Shown here one piece after another: positions 18,390 through 27,700 of a stretch of 64,000 bases of DNA. Source of the DNA: Verrucomicrobiota bacterium (GTDB lineage Bacteria > Verrucomicrobiota > Verrucomicrobiia > Chthoniobacterales > UBA10450). Both the position numbers and the translations under genes were made by a program. The notes under the pieces were generated by a model. The model did not search any database, was not told the origin of the DNA, and was given only the letters and a program-made list of their open reading frames with translations. The DNA is taken from NCBI GenBank assembly GCA_041167585.1, contig JBEEHV010000005.1, positions 13,883-77,882 on the forward strand, read 5' to 3'. Position 1 is the stretch's first letter, and every line of letters starts with the position of its first letter.

Positions 18390-21314
18390 ATGAACACTGC
18401 AGCAAAGACGAGCGAGCTGAGAAAAACAGGCATCAACATTATTGGGGACCTTCCCTGGGGGACCCACTTCTGTTACTTCTACGAGACGAAGCGGGATCTC
18501 CTCGAAACGCTGGTGCTGTATTTCAAAGAAGGCCTCGAGAGCAAAGAGTTTTGCGTCTGGATAGTTTCACCGGCTCTTAGCTTGGAAGAAGCAAAACACG
18601 CTCTGAGGCAGACAGTCCCCGAGCTGGAGCGGCATATCGAGGAGGGACACCTCGAAATCCATAGTCACGATGAATGGTATCTCCGCAACGGACGGTGGGA
18701 TTCGCAACGAGTCCTTCAGTCCTGGCGCGAAAGACTTAGCCAGATTTCTGCGGACGGCTACGCGGGCTTGAGAGCGGCTGGCGACGGGGGCTGGGTCCGA
18801 AGGGACGACTGGATGGCGTTTCGTGAATACGAAGAGGAGGTCAATGCGCTGATTGCGGATCAACAGAGCATCATCTTGTGCACCTACCCTATCTCCACGA
18901 GTCCAGGCGATCAGGTTTTCGATGTGGCGCACATCCATGGTGTCGCGGTGGCCCGGCGCCACGGAAATTGGGAGGTGGTCGAGACGCCAGAGTTAAGGGA
19001 GGCCAAGGCTAAGATAGAAAGGCTCAACGAAGAGCTGGAACGGAAAGTCGAGGAACGAACCAGAGAGTTAGCCGCCGCGAATGAAGCGCTCAAAGCTGAA
19101 ATCGCCGAGCGGAAGCTGGCAGAGCAGGCGGTGAAACGGGCCGAAGATCGCATTCGGCGGGTGATCGATACAACTCCTGCGCTGATACACACCGGCCGCC
19201 CTGACGGATACCTCGATTACTTTAATCAACGTTGGCTCGAATATGTTGGAATCTCTTTAGACAAGATAAAGGGCTGGGCTTGGACGAACGTCATTCATCC
19301 CGAAGACGTCGAAGGAATGGTGAATGAGTGGCGCGCGGTGATAGCCAGCGGAGAGCCGTTCCGGTACGAAGCGCGGGTGCGACGGGCGGACGGAGAGTAT
19401 CGCTGGATGCTCCACCACAAAGTCCCCCTCCGTGATGAACAAGGAAATATTGTTAAATGGTATGGATCGAGTATCGATATCGAGGATCGCAAGCGGGCGG
19501 AGATGGAAACGCGGGTGCTGATCGATGCAATCCCCCATCAAATCTGGAGCGGCCCGGTGGATGGCACCCTCGATTATTGCAACGAACGATGGCGCTCTTA
19601 CATGGGATTGGAACAGGCAGACCTGTGCGGCGCTGGCTGGCAGAGTATGCTTCACCCCGGAGATCGGGATCGGGTGCTCGCAGCCTGGCACGAGGCGGTG
19701 GTCAAGGGCACGCCATACGAACAAGAAGAACGCCACCGGGGTGCCGACGGCACGTATCGTTGGTTTCTGTCCCTTGGCGTTCCGTTGCGCGACGCGGATG
19801 GCCGCATTGTAAGGTGGTACGGGACAAACACGGATATTGAAGATCGCAAAAGGGCCGAGGAAGCGTTGAACGCGCAAGCCCTTCGTTACAAAACGCTGAT
19901 GGAAACGTCGACGGATTCGATCTATGTCCTGGACGAAAAGGGTGATCTCCAGGAAGCGAACGCGGCCTTTCTCCACCGGCGCGGCTACACCGCGGCGGAG
20001 GTGAAAGGGTTGAACGTAGCCGATTGGGACGCGCGGTTGAGTCGCGAACAATTGCAGGCAAGAATACGCAAGCTGGCTGGCCGCAGTGCCGTGTTTGAAA
20101 CGCGGCACCGTTGCAAAGACGGCTCCGTCTTCGAGGTCGAAGTAAGCGCGACGAGCGTCCGGATCGCGGGAGAACAATTATTCTTTTGTGTGACGCGCGA
20201 CATTACCGAACGCAAACAAGCGGAAGACCGGCTGCGGCGGAGCGAGGAAAAATTCAAAACCCTTTTCGGGATCGCGCCGGTCGGCATCTCGGTTTTGGAT
20301 CAGCGACTCGACGTGATCGACGCGAATCCGGCGCTCGAACGAATCCTGCGCCTCACCAGGGAGGAATTGTTAGGCGGAACCTGGCGACGGCGCACTTATC
20401 TCGACCCGACTGGCACACGCAAGCCGCGAGAGGAAATGACGAGCGTGCGCGCCGTCGCGGAGAAACGATCCTTCGATGATGTTGAAACGGGCATTGTCAC
20501 AGAAAGCGGCGAAATCATCTGGACGCAGGTGAGCGCCGCGCCACTCGATCTGCCGAATGGGAGCGTAGTGGTGATCACGCAGGACATCACGGAGCGCAAG
20601 CGGGCGGCGAAAGAATTGGAAGAGGCCAATCAACAACTGCGAACTCTTTCGCGCCAGCTCTTCCACCTTCAGGAAGAGGAACGGCGTCACCTCGCCCGGG
20701 AGTTACACGACGAGATCGGTCAGAACCTCACTGCGGCCAAGATCAATTTGAATATCATCGCGCGCGATGTTCCTGCACACGCCACTGGCCGGCTCGACGA
20801 TAGCATTCAGCTTCTCGATGCCCTCCTCCTGCAAGTCAGGCAAATTTCGCTCGGTTTGCGCCCGCCCTTGCTCGACGAACTGGGACTCGTGCCCACGCTT
20901 CGCTGGCTGGTCGACCAGCAAGCGCAGCGCGCGGGATTGCGGATGACCTTTACCGCGACGGTGGATGACCTCGAGCTCGATCCTGCCATTCAGACCTCCT
21001 GTTTCCGGGTCGCACAGGAAGCGATTACCAACATTATCCGGCACTCGGGCGCGAAGAATGTCGCCGTCGAGTTGCGGCATGATGCCGAGCGCCTCTGGCT
21101 GAGCGTGCGCGACGACGGCGCCGGGTTCGATCCCGCGGCGATACAGCATAGTGCTACGCAGCATTCGACTCTAGGCCTGGTTAGTATGAAGGAACGTGCG
21201 CTGCTCGTGCACGGCGGCCTGGAAGTCCACACGGCGCCAGGCCAGGGCGCGGAAATCCGCGCGTGGTTTCCCCTGGTATTGCCGGAGCAGGATTCGTCCC
21301 CCCAGACTCCGTGA
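18390..21314 (+). CDS. sensor histidine kinase: N-terminal MEDS domain, about 4 PAS/PAC units, HisKA_3 + HATPase_c (NarL-partner type)
   Basis: MEDS: WGTHFCYFYETKRDLLETLVLYFKEGL. Repeated PAC ends: YRWMLHHKVPLRDEQGNIVKWYGSSIDIEDRKRAE and YRWFLSLGVPLRDADGRIVRWYGTNTDIEDRKRAE. HisKA_3 H-box: ELHDEIGQNL. G box: RDDGAGFD. Confidence 0.9.
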   Translation: MNTAAKTSELRKTGINIIGDLPWGTHFCYFYETKRDLLETLVLYFKEGLESKEFCVWIVSPALSLEEAKHALRQTVPELERHIEEGHLEIHSHDEWYLRNGRWDSQRVLQSWRERLSQISADGYAGLRAAGDGGWVRRDDWMAFREYEEEVNALIADQQSIILCTYPISTSPGDQVFDVAHIHGVAVARRHGNWEVVETPELREAKAKIERLNEELERKVEERTRELAAANEALKAEIAERKLAEQAVKRAEDRIRRVIDTTPALIHTGRPDGYLDYFNQRWLEYVGISLDKIKGWAWTNVIHPEDVEGMVNEWRAVIASGEPFRYEARVRRADGEYRWMLHHKVPLRDEQGNIVKWYGSSIDIEDRKRAEMETRVLIDAIPHQIWSGPVDGTLDYCNERWRSYMGLEQADLCGAGWQSMLHPGDRDRVLAAWHEAVVKGTPYEQEERHRGADGTYRWFLSLGVPLRDADGRIVRWYGTNTDIEDRKRAEEALNAQALRYKTLMETSTDSIYVLDEKGDLQEANAAFLHRRGYTAAEVKGLNVADWDARLSREQLQARIRKLAGRSAVFETRHRCKDGSVFEVEVSATSVRIAGEQLFFCVTRDITERKQAEDRLRRSEEKFKTLFGIAPVGISVLDQRLDVIDANPALERILRLTREELLGGTWRRRTYLDPTGTRKPREEMTSVRAVAEKRSFDDVETGIVTESGEIIWTQVSAAPLDLPNGSVVVITQDITERKRAAKELEEANQQLRTLSRQLFHLQEEERRHLARELHDEIGQNLTAAKINLNIIARDVPAHATGRLDDSIQLLDALLLQVRQISLGLRPPLLDELGLVPTLRWLVDQQAQRAGLRMTFTATVDDLELDPAIQTSCFRVAQEAITNIIRHSGAKNVAVELRHDAERLWLSVRDDGAGFDPAAIQHSATQHSTLGLVSMKERALLVHGGLEVHTAPGQGAEIRAWFPLVLPEQDSSPQTP

Positions 21315-21565
21315 ACACAGCCGCAGGGATGGTGTGCAGACGACTAACCAACTCTTCCGCGCGCATTTGCTCGTGGAGCTAAGTAGTCTCCGTTCCATTT
21401 TTGTAAGGGTTTTCCGAGGGGTTTCTAAGGTTACTCCCAATGGCGCGCCGCTCCGGCCCCGCGAAGGTAGGCGATGGACGCCACTATCCCTTCCCAGCAA
21501 ATTGTAGCCAATAGTCTGCGTTACTCATCGTCTGTGGAACGAAATGGCGATCCATCCTACAAGTA

Positions 21566-22285
21566 ATGGCGGCTAACTTGAAAGCCCTTCTGGGCGTCGC
21601 CATCAAGATGGAAAGGTGTGGACAGGGAATTTCACAGGAAGAGCTGGCTGAACGCTCAGGTCTGCACCGGACCTATGTCTCGGACTTGGAACGCGGGGCC
21701 AGGAATCCTTCGATCACTAGTATCGAAAAGCTCGCACAAGCCCTCAGGCTTTCTGTGCCAGCGCTTTTCCAGCGCGCGGGGCATCAGGGCGGAGCGGCTG
21801 AGCTGGTTGAAATCCTCCTCGTGGAAGATAACCCGCGAGACGTGCAGCTAACGATCCGCGCGTTCGAGCGGGCGCGAATCGTCAATCCGCTTCACATCGT
21901 AAGGGATGGAGTCCAGGCGCTCGATTTCCTCTTCGCGACCGGCCCCTATCTGCATCGCTCGTACGCTGCACTTCCCCAAGTCATCCTGCTGGATCTGGAT
22001 CTTCCCAAAAAAAGCGGCTTGGAGGTTCTCGAAAGGATCAAGGCGGACGAGCTGACCAAGGACATTGCCGTCATTGTGCTGACTGTGTCGGATGGCAAGA
22101 GCGATATGGCGGCGTGCCGGCGGCTGGGGGTCGGGAGTTACATTGTCAAACCAGTCGGCTTTCAAAATTTCAGCAAGGTGGCGGCTAACCTGAGCCTCGC
22201 CTGGACTCTGGTGAGGCCGGCGTCGAACGAAGGCAGCAAAATCTCGGGTCGCCGCGCGGAACACCAAATAAAGGCCCCTGCATGA
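21566..22285 (+). CDS. XRE-family HTH domain fused to a receiver (REC) domain
   Basis: N-terminal HTH_XRE: ERCGQGISQEELAERSGLHRTYVSDLERGARNPSITSIEKLAQAL. This is followed by a complete REC: ILLVEDNPRDVQL, ILLDLDLPKKSGLEVL, VIVLTVS, YIVKP. Confidence 0.85.
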   Translation: MAANLKALLGVAIKMERCGQGISQEELAERSGLHRTYVSDLERGARNPSITSIEKLAQALRLSVPALFQRAGHQGGAAELVEILLVEDNPRDVQLTIRAFERARIVNPLHIVRDGVQALDFLFATGPYLHRSYAALPQVILLDLDLPKKSGLEVLERIKADELTKDIAVIVLTVSDGKSDMAACRRLGVGSYIVKPVGFQNFSKVAANLSLAWTLVRPASNEGSKISGRRAEHQIKAPA

Positions 22286-22307
22286 ATTATGTCCCCTCCA
22301 GCCATGT

Positions 22308-22946
22308 GTGACTGACGACACGCTCAGCTTCCTTATTATAAGTGGCTTTCCGATTTTCGCGGTCGGCTTGGAGAAGGTCATCTCGCAGAACTTCAAGTCG
22401 CATATTCGTCGTGTGGAAAAGGTCCGCGCCGGGCTGGAGCTTTGCGGGACTGAGAGCTTTGACCTTATCCTGCTTGGTGTAACTAAACCGGAACGTAGCG
22501 GCCTGGACCTGTTGCCTGATTTCAACAAGCGCTGCCCGAAGGGTCCCGTTCTCATTGTGAGTCTCTTAGCCGAAGAGGATTTTGCGGCCCGCGCTCTCAA
22601 GGCTGGGGCCGCTGGCTACATCCTGAAATCCACCTCGGTGGATGAACTGGTTCGCGCGATGAACGTCATCCTGAAAGGAAGAAAGTATGTTAGCCAGGCA
22701 TTCGCGGGACGATTCGCCGAGTCCTTCGGCGTGACAAATCCGAAGCTGCACGAATCGCTCTCGCCGCGCGAGTTTGAAGTTTTCCTTCGAATCGCCAAAG
22801 GCAGCTCCGCGAAAGAGATTGCCGGACAGCTTTCGCTGAGTGTGAAGACAATCAGCACCTACCACATTCATATCATCGACAAGCTCCATGTCCGGAATGA
22901 TGCGGAGTTGGGGGAATATGCGCTTCGCCATGGGCTCATCGCTTAG
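22308..22946 (+). CDS. LuxR-family regulator with degenerate (pseudo-)receiver domain
   Basis: LuxR HTH: LSPREFEVFLRIAKGSSAKEIAGQLSLSVKTISTYH. In the receiver the acidic pair is replaced (FLIISGFP in place of ..DDHP) and the phospho-acceptor position reads LILLGVTKP instead of LLD.xMP. GTG start. Confidence 0.8.
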   Translation: MTDDTLSFLIISGFPIFAVGLEKVISQNFKSHIRRVEKVRAGLELCGTESFDLILLGVTKPERSGLDLLPDFNKRCPKGPVLIVSLLAEEDFAARALKAGAAGYILKSTSVDELVRAMNVILKGRKYVSQAFAGRFAESFGVTNPKLHESLSPREFEVFLRIAKGSSAKEIAGQLSLSVKTISTYHIHIIDKLHVRNDAELGEYALRHGLIA

Positions 22947-23080
22947 CGATGCTATCCTTAAGTAATCGACATCAAGTCAGGGCATATTCCGTAGCATTGC
23001 CAAGCAAGCAGACAATCGTCATCAGGGTTTTTCCTAAGTACTATTCGGATTTTGTGAAGGGGCGGTGGTGACTTGCGTGT

Positions 23081-24952
23081 GTGAGTGTCCGAACCGTGAC
23101 ACAAGTAATCACTGAGCGTGGGCCGACGAAAGGGCTCGATGCAGCAAGCGCATTCCCCAGGAAAGATGAAGAACTGGAACAACAACCACCAGGCGGTGAT
23201 TCGGCCAGCCCGGAGACCCGAATAGAGCAGGCTGAGGCGCGCACGGAGCAGGCGGAAACGCGTACCCAACAGGCCAGGGTGCGAACCGAGCAGGCGGAGG
23301 TACGCACCGAACAAGCCGAAACGCGCACCGAACATGCCAGAGTGCGAACGGAGCTCGCCGAGGTGCGCATCGAACAGGCCGAAACCCGCACCGAACAGGC
23401 TAAGACGCGGACGGAGCGAGCAGAGGCGCGGGCCGAACAAGCGGAGGCACGAAGCGAGCAAGAGGTCCAAGCCTCCCAGCTTGATTATCGCCGCCTATTT
23501 CAAGCAGCGAAGGAAGGCATCCTCATTCTGGACGCCGATACGGGGCAAATCGCAGATGCTAATCGTTCCCTGACCGAGATGCTGGGCTTTTCTCTCGCCG
23601 AACTGCTTAACATGCCCATTTGGGAAGTGACCGCCTTCAAGGACGCTGCCGCGAACAAGGCGAAGTTTGAGCAGCTCCACGCGCAAGGATATGCCCCTTA
23701 CGAAAACATTCCGTTGGAAACGCGGGATGGCCGGAAAATCACCATGGAGTTTGTCAGCAGCGTCTATCTCGCCGCAGACCGTAACGTTATCCAGTGCAAT
23801 GTCCGCGATGTAACGGAGCGCGAGCGGGCCGAGGAAACTGCCGTTCGTCTGGCAGCTATCGTTAATTCATCTGAGGACGCCATCATCGGCAAAACGCGCG
23901 AGGGAATCATCACCAGTTGGAATCCTGGAGCGGAAAAAGTATTCGGCTATTCCGCCAAAGAGGCGGTGGGCCAATCGATGTTGATGCTTTTCCCGTCCGA
24001 ATGCGTAGGTGAAGAAGCGGAGATTTTGGCGCGAATCGCACGCGGCGAGAATATCGAGCATTTTGAAGCGGTCCGCGTGGGCAAAAATGGGAAGAGGATC
24101 GACGTGTCTGTAACCGTCTCCCGCGTCGTCGATCGCGATCATAAGACCATTGGCCTATCCAAGATCGCGCGGGACATCACTGCGCGGAAGAGGGCGGAAC
24201 GTGAAGTCCATCGCCTGAACGCCGAATTGGAGCAGCGCGTGATCGAGCGTACGGCACAGCTTCAAGCGGCGAACAAGGAATTAGAGTCATTCAGCTATTC
24301 GGTCTCACACGATTTGCGCGCGCCGCTCCGGGCCATCGATGGTTTTTCGCAGGCGGTGCAGCAGGATTACGCCGCGCTTTTACCCGAGGAAGGCCAACGC
24401 TACCTCAAGACCATCCGTGAAGGCGCGCAGCGGATGGGCGTGCTGATCGACGACCTCCTCACGTTCTCCCGCCTGAGCCGCCTTCCGCTCACTCGCGGCA
24501 CCATCAACACGAACGAGCTTGTCAGGGCACTCGTGAAGGAGATGAATCCGCCTGGAAAAGACTGTCATGCCGCAGTTGAGCTCATCGATTTACCGCAATC
24601 CTACGGTGACGCAGCGCTGCTCAAACAAGTTTGGATCAATCTGCTTTCCAATGCCCTCAAATACACGCGCCACCGGCAAGGCGCACGCATCGAAATCGGC
24701 GCCGAGACGAAGCAAGGGGTGACGACCTGGTTCGTGCGGGACAATGGGACCGGCTTCGACATGTGTTATGCCGACAAGTTGTTCGGTGTTTTTCAACGGT
24801 TGCACCGGGCCGAAGACTTTGAAGGGACCGGGGTTGGTCTTGCCATCGTGCAGCGCATCGTGCAACGCCATGGGGGTAGGATCTGGGCCGACGCAGCGCC
24901 GGATCGTGGCGCCACCTTCTTTTTCACGCTCGGGGATGGCACCGAAGAATGA
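23081..24952 (+). CDS. cytoplasmic sensor histidine kinase: heptad-repeat N-terminus + 2 PAS + HisKA + HATPase_c (module A)
   Basis: About 12 repeats of (T/R)EQAE.R, then PAS-PAS. H-box: FSYSVSHDLRAPLRAI. N box: LLSNALKYT. G boxes: DNGTGFD, GTGVGLAIV. The GTG start at 23081 is uncertain. Confidence 0.85.
   Translation: MSVRTVTQVITERGPTKGLDAASAFPRKDEELEQQPPGGDSASPETRIEQAEARTEQAETRTQQARVRTEQAEVRTEQAETRTEHARVRTELAEVRIEQAETRTEQAKTRTERAEARAEQAEARSEQEVQASQLDYRRLFQAAKEGILILDADTGQIADANRSLTEMLGFSLAELLNMPIWEVTAFKDAAANKAKFEQLHAQGYAPYENIPLETRDGRKITMEFVSSVYLAADRNVIQCNVRDVTERERAEETAVRLAAIVNSSEDAIIGKTREGIITSWNPGAEKVFGYSAKEAVGQSMLMLFPSECVGEEAEILARIARGENIEHFEAVRVGKNGKRIDVSVTVSRVVDRDHKTIGLSKIARDITARKRAEREVHRLNAELEQRVIERTAQLQAANKELESFSYSVSHDLRAPLRAIDGFSQAVQQDYAALLPEEGQRYLKTIREGAQRMGVLIDDLLTFSRLSRLPLTRGTINTNELVRALVKEMNPPGKDCHAAVELIDLPQSYGDAALLKQVWINLLSNALKYTRHRQGARIEIGAETKQGVTTWFVRDNGTGFDMCYADKLFGVFQRLHRAEDFEGTGVGLAIVQRIVQRHGGRIWADAAPDRGATFFFTLGDGTEE
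23213..23458 (+). repeat. 21-bp tandem repeat (about 11.7 units) encoding the heptad TEQAE(A/T/V)R
   Basis: Protein residues 45-126 read ETRIEQAEARTEQAETRTQQARVRTEQAEVRTEQAETRTEHARVRTELAEVRIEQAETRTEQAKTRTERAEARAEQAEARSE. Repeat-shaped ORFs also appear on the opposite strand. Confidence 0.85.
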
Positions 24953-25392
24953 CCGAGCCCACAGCCATGGAGATTTTGCTCGTAGAAGATAACTCTCAGG
25001 ATGCGGAATTGGCTTTACGCGTCTTACGCCAGGCTAACATAGCAAATCACATTACCCTCGCCCGCGACGGGGCCGAGGCACTTGAAATTCTTTTTGGTAA
25101 TGCCAGCCCCAGCCCCGAGGTGGCGCCCAAAGTCATCCTGCTCGATCTAAAACTTCCGAAGATTAACGGGCTGGAAGTGCTCAAGCGCGTGAAGAGCGAT
25201 CCGCGGACGAAACTGATTCCCGTGGTCGTCCTTACCTCTTCGCGGGAACAGAGTGACGTCGTCCAGAGTTATCGGCTGGGAGTGAACAGCTACATCGTCA
25301 AGCCGGTGGACTTCGAGCGCTTTGCCGACGCGGTCCAGAAAGTGGGCATGTATTGGCTCCTCCTCAATCAACCCCCGCACGTGGACGAGTAA
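24949..25392 (+). CDS. single-domain response regulator (module A)
   Basis: ILLVEDNSQDAEL, ILLDLKLPKINGLEVL, VVVLTSS, YIVKP. ATGA overlap with the upstream kinase. Confidence 0.9.
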   Translation: MTEPTAMEILLVEDNSQDAELALRVLRQANIANHITLARDGAEALEILFGNASPSPEVAPKVILLDLKLPKINGLEVLKRVKSDPRTKLIPVVVLTSSREQSDVVQSYRLGVNSYIVKPVDFERFADAVQKVGMYWLLLNQPPHVDE

Positions 25393-25393
25393 A

Positions 25394-27700
25394 ATGAACC
25401 GGCCCGTACGAATCCTCATGGCCGAAGACAACCCGCGGGACGCGGAGATGATCCTGCGTGAACTGTGCGCGGGCGGTTTTAATCCGCAGTGCGAGCGAGT
25501 GGATACGGAAGATGGATTTCGCAAAGGGCTTGAAACTGAGGTCGACATAATTCTCTCCGACTATGCCATGCCGCAATTCGGAGGAATGCGGGCGCTGGAG
25601 ATTGTGAAGCAGAGCGGTCTCGAGACGCCTTTCATTCTTATCTCGGGAACTATCGGCGAGGAGATCGCCGTAACGGCCATGAAGAAAGGTGCGAGCGATT
25701 ACCTCTTGAAAGACCGGCTCGTCCGGTTAGGCCCGGCGGTCACGCAGGCTCTGGAGCAAAGCCGTTACCGGAAAGGACGGGAGCGGGCCGAAGAGGCTTT
25801 GCGGGAAAGCGAGGAGCGCTTTCGTCAACTGGCCGAGAACATCCAGGAAGTCTTCTGGATTACCGATCCGGCGAAAAACGCGATGATCTATATCAGCCCG
25901 GCCTACGAAAAGATTTGGGGACGGTCCAGGACCGCTGTTTACAACCTGGCCTTGAGCTGGCTCGATCATGTCCATCCCGACGACCGGGAAGCGGTTCGCC
26001 AGGCCGCTCTGACCAAGCAAGGTGCCGGCACCTACAACGAGGAATACCGCATTTGTCGCCCGGATGGCGAGATGCGCTGGATCAGCGATCGCGCTTTCCC
26101 GCTCCGGGGGAGCGACGGGGAAATCTACCGCATCCTGGGGGTAGCGCGCGATATTACAGAGAGCAAACAAGCGGAAGAACGCTTGCGCGAACAGGCGGAC
26201 ATCATCAACCGCGCTCATGATGCGATCATCGTGCGTGATTTCGCTACCGGACAAATCACCTTTTGGAACCTGGGAGCGCAGAGGCTCTACGGCTGGACCG
26301 CCGAGGAAGCGCTGGGGCGCCCCATTGCAGAGATGATTTTCGCGAACGCGAGCCACCTTGAGCCGCTAACGAAAAGACTTGTTTCCACGGGAGAATTTCA
26401 TGAGGAGATCCGGCAAATCGGGAAAGACAAACAGGAATTGATGGTGGACAGCCGCGCTACCCTCGTCAGCGATACGGAAGGCTTGCCGAGCTCCGTCCTC
26501 ATCATCAACACGGATGTCACCGAGCAAAAGAAACTCGAGACGCAGTTGCTCCGGGCCCAGCGCCTTGAGAGCATAGGCACGCTGGCCAGCGGCGTTGCCC
26601 ATGATTTGAACAACATTCTCGCGCCCATCCTCATGGGTGCCGCGGTCTTGCGCCGGTCCGAAATGCGAGCCAACGATGAGGCCATTCTTTCCACCATTGA
26701 AATTTGCGCGCAACGCGGCGCGGATATAGTCAAACAGGTCCTGACCTTCGCGCGCGGCGCCGAAGGGGAACGAATCCAGATCCAGGCTTCGGTTCTCCTC
26801 AAAGACGTAGCCAAGATCGCCCAGGAGACTTTCCCAAAAAAGATCACGGTTCGTTCCGGCTTCTCCGATGCGGTCTGGTGCGTGCAAGGCGATCCCACCC
26901 AACTCCACCAGGTTCTCCTCAACCTCTGCGTAAATGCGCGCGACGCGATGCCCGCGGGCGGGACGCTATCCCTTTCCGCGGAAAACTACCCGGTCGACGA
27001 GCACTACGCCAGCATGACCCCCGGGGCCAAGGCTGGACCGCATGTGCGTTTCGAGGTTGCCGACACCGGCATGGGAATCCCGCCTGAAAACATGGTAAAG
27101 ATTTTCGACCCTTTTTTTACGACCAAGGAACTGGGTCACGGGACGGGACTGGGACTCTCAAGTGTCATCGGCATCGTAAAGAGTCACGGCGGATTCATGA
27201 GCGTCGATAGCGAGATTGGGCGCGGGACGACCTTTAAGATTTATTTGCCGGCGATAGTAGGAGAGCTGGAAGAGCCGCAGGAAAAGGCGTGCACCGATTC
27301 GCCGCGAGCCACCGGCGAGTTACTCCTCATCGTGGATGACGAGAAGTCAATCCTGCAGGTAGCCAAGGCTCTTCTTGAAGGACATGGCTATCGAGTGTTG
27401 ACGGCTCAGGAGGGCACGGACGCCCTGGCCATTTTCGCGATGCAAAAGGATGAGATAAAACTGGTCCTTACTGATCTCGCGATGCCGCTGATGGATGGGA
27501 TCGCGCTCATTCGCACTTTGCAAAAAATGAAATCGGACGTGTGCGTGATTGCCTCCACTGGCCGTGGCGGCCAGGAGCAGCATGCGCACGAACTCGAAGA
27601 TCTGCACGTCGGGCCATGCCTGACGAAGCCCTACACCAAAGACAAGCTCCTCAAGACACTTCACCAAGCCCTCCACCACCACTGCAATGGCACATCATGA
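25394..27700 (+). CDS. hybrid histidine kinase REC + 2 PAS + HisKA + HATPase_c + REC (module A)
   Basis: ATG 25394 (MNRPVRILMAEDNPRDAEM) lies 2 nt after the upstream stop. H-box: GVAHDLNNIL. G boxes: DTGMGIP, GTGLGLSSV. C-terminal REC: LLIVDDEKSI..LVLTDLAMPLMDG. Confidence 0.9.
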   Translation: MNRPVRILMAEDNPRDAEMILRELCAGGFNPQCERVDTEDGFRKGLETEVDIILSDYAMPQFGGMRALEIVKQSGLETPFILISGTIGEEIAVTAMKKGASDYLLKDRLVRLGPAVTQALEQSRYRKGRERAEEALRESEERFRQLAENIQEVFWITDPAKNAMIYISPAYEKIWGRSRTAVYNLALSWLDHVHPDDREAVRQAALTKQGAGTYNEEYRICRPDGEMRWISDRAFPLRGSDGEIYRILGVARDITESKQAEERLREQADIINRAHDAIIVRDFATGQITFWNLGAQRLYGWTAEEALGRPIAEMIFANASHLEPLTKRLVSTGEFHEEIRQIGKDKQELMVDSRATLVSDTEGLPSSVLIINTDVTEQKKLETQLLRAQRLESIGTLASGVAHDLNNILAPILMGAAVLRRSEMRANDEAILSTIEICAQRGADIVKQVLTFARGAEGERIQIQASVLLKDVAKIAQETFPKKITVRSGFSDAVWCVQGDPTQLHQVLLNLCVNARDAMPAGGTLSLSAENYPVDEHYASMTPGAKAGPHVRFEVADTGMGIPPENMVKIFDPFFTTKELGHGTGLGLSSVIGIVKSHGGFMSVDSEIGRGTTFKIYLPAIVGELEEPQEKACTDSPRATGELLLIVDDEKSILQVAKALLEGHGYRVLTAQEGTDALAIFAMQKDEIKLVLTDLAMPLMDGIALIRTLQKMKSDVCVIASTGRGGQEQHAHELEDLHVGPCLTKPYTKDKLLKTLHQALHHHCNGTS

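Noticed and set aside
21465-21545. Weak similarity to the attC arms (GTAGGCGATGGACGCCAC ... GCGTTACTCATCGTCTGTGG)
   Set aside because: It lacks the AAC/GTT core boxes at both ends and has no convincing stem. This is probably a chance resemblance.
22958-23470. Minus-strand ORFs 22958..23470 and 23041..23391 with repeated SACSVRT/RLLG motifs. The same applies to plus-strand ORFs 33179..33397 and 33238..33630.
   Set aside because: They are the reverse-complement reading of the 21-bp heptad repeats of the two kinases. No independent coding signal is present.
6717-26356. Other long antisense ORFs inside large genes, for example 6717..7457, 12735..13478, 19257..20177, 25727..26356 and 26366..26922. 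The same applies to 58124..59059 in the giant kinase.
   Set aside because: Each is fully contained in, and antisense or out of frame to, a gene with clear domain motifs. Open antisense frames are expected at this GC content.
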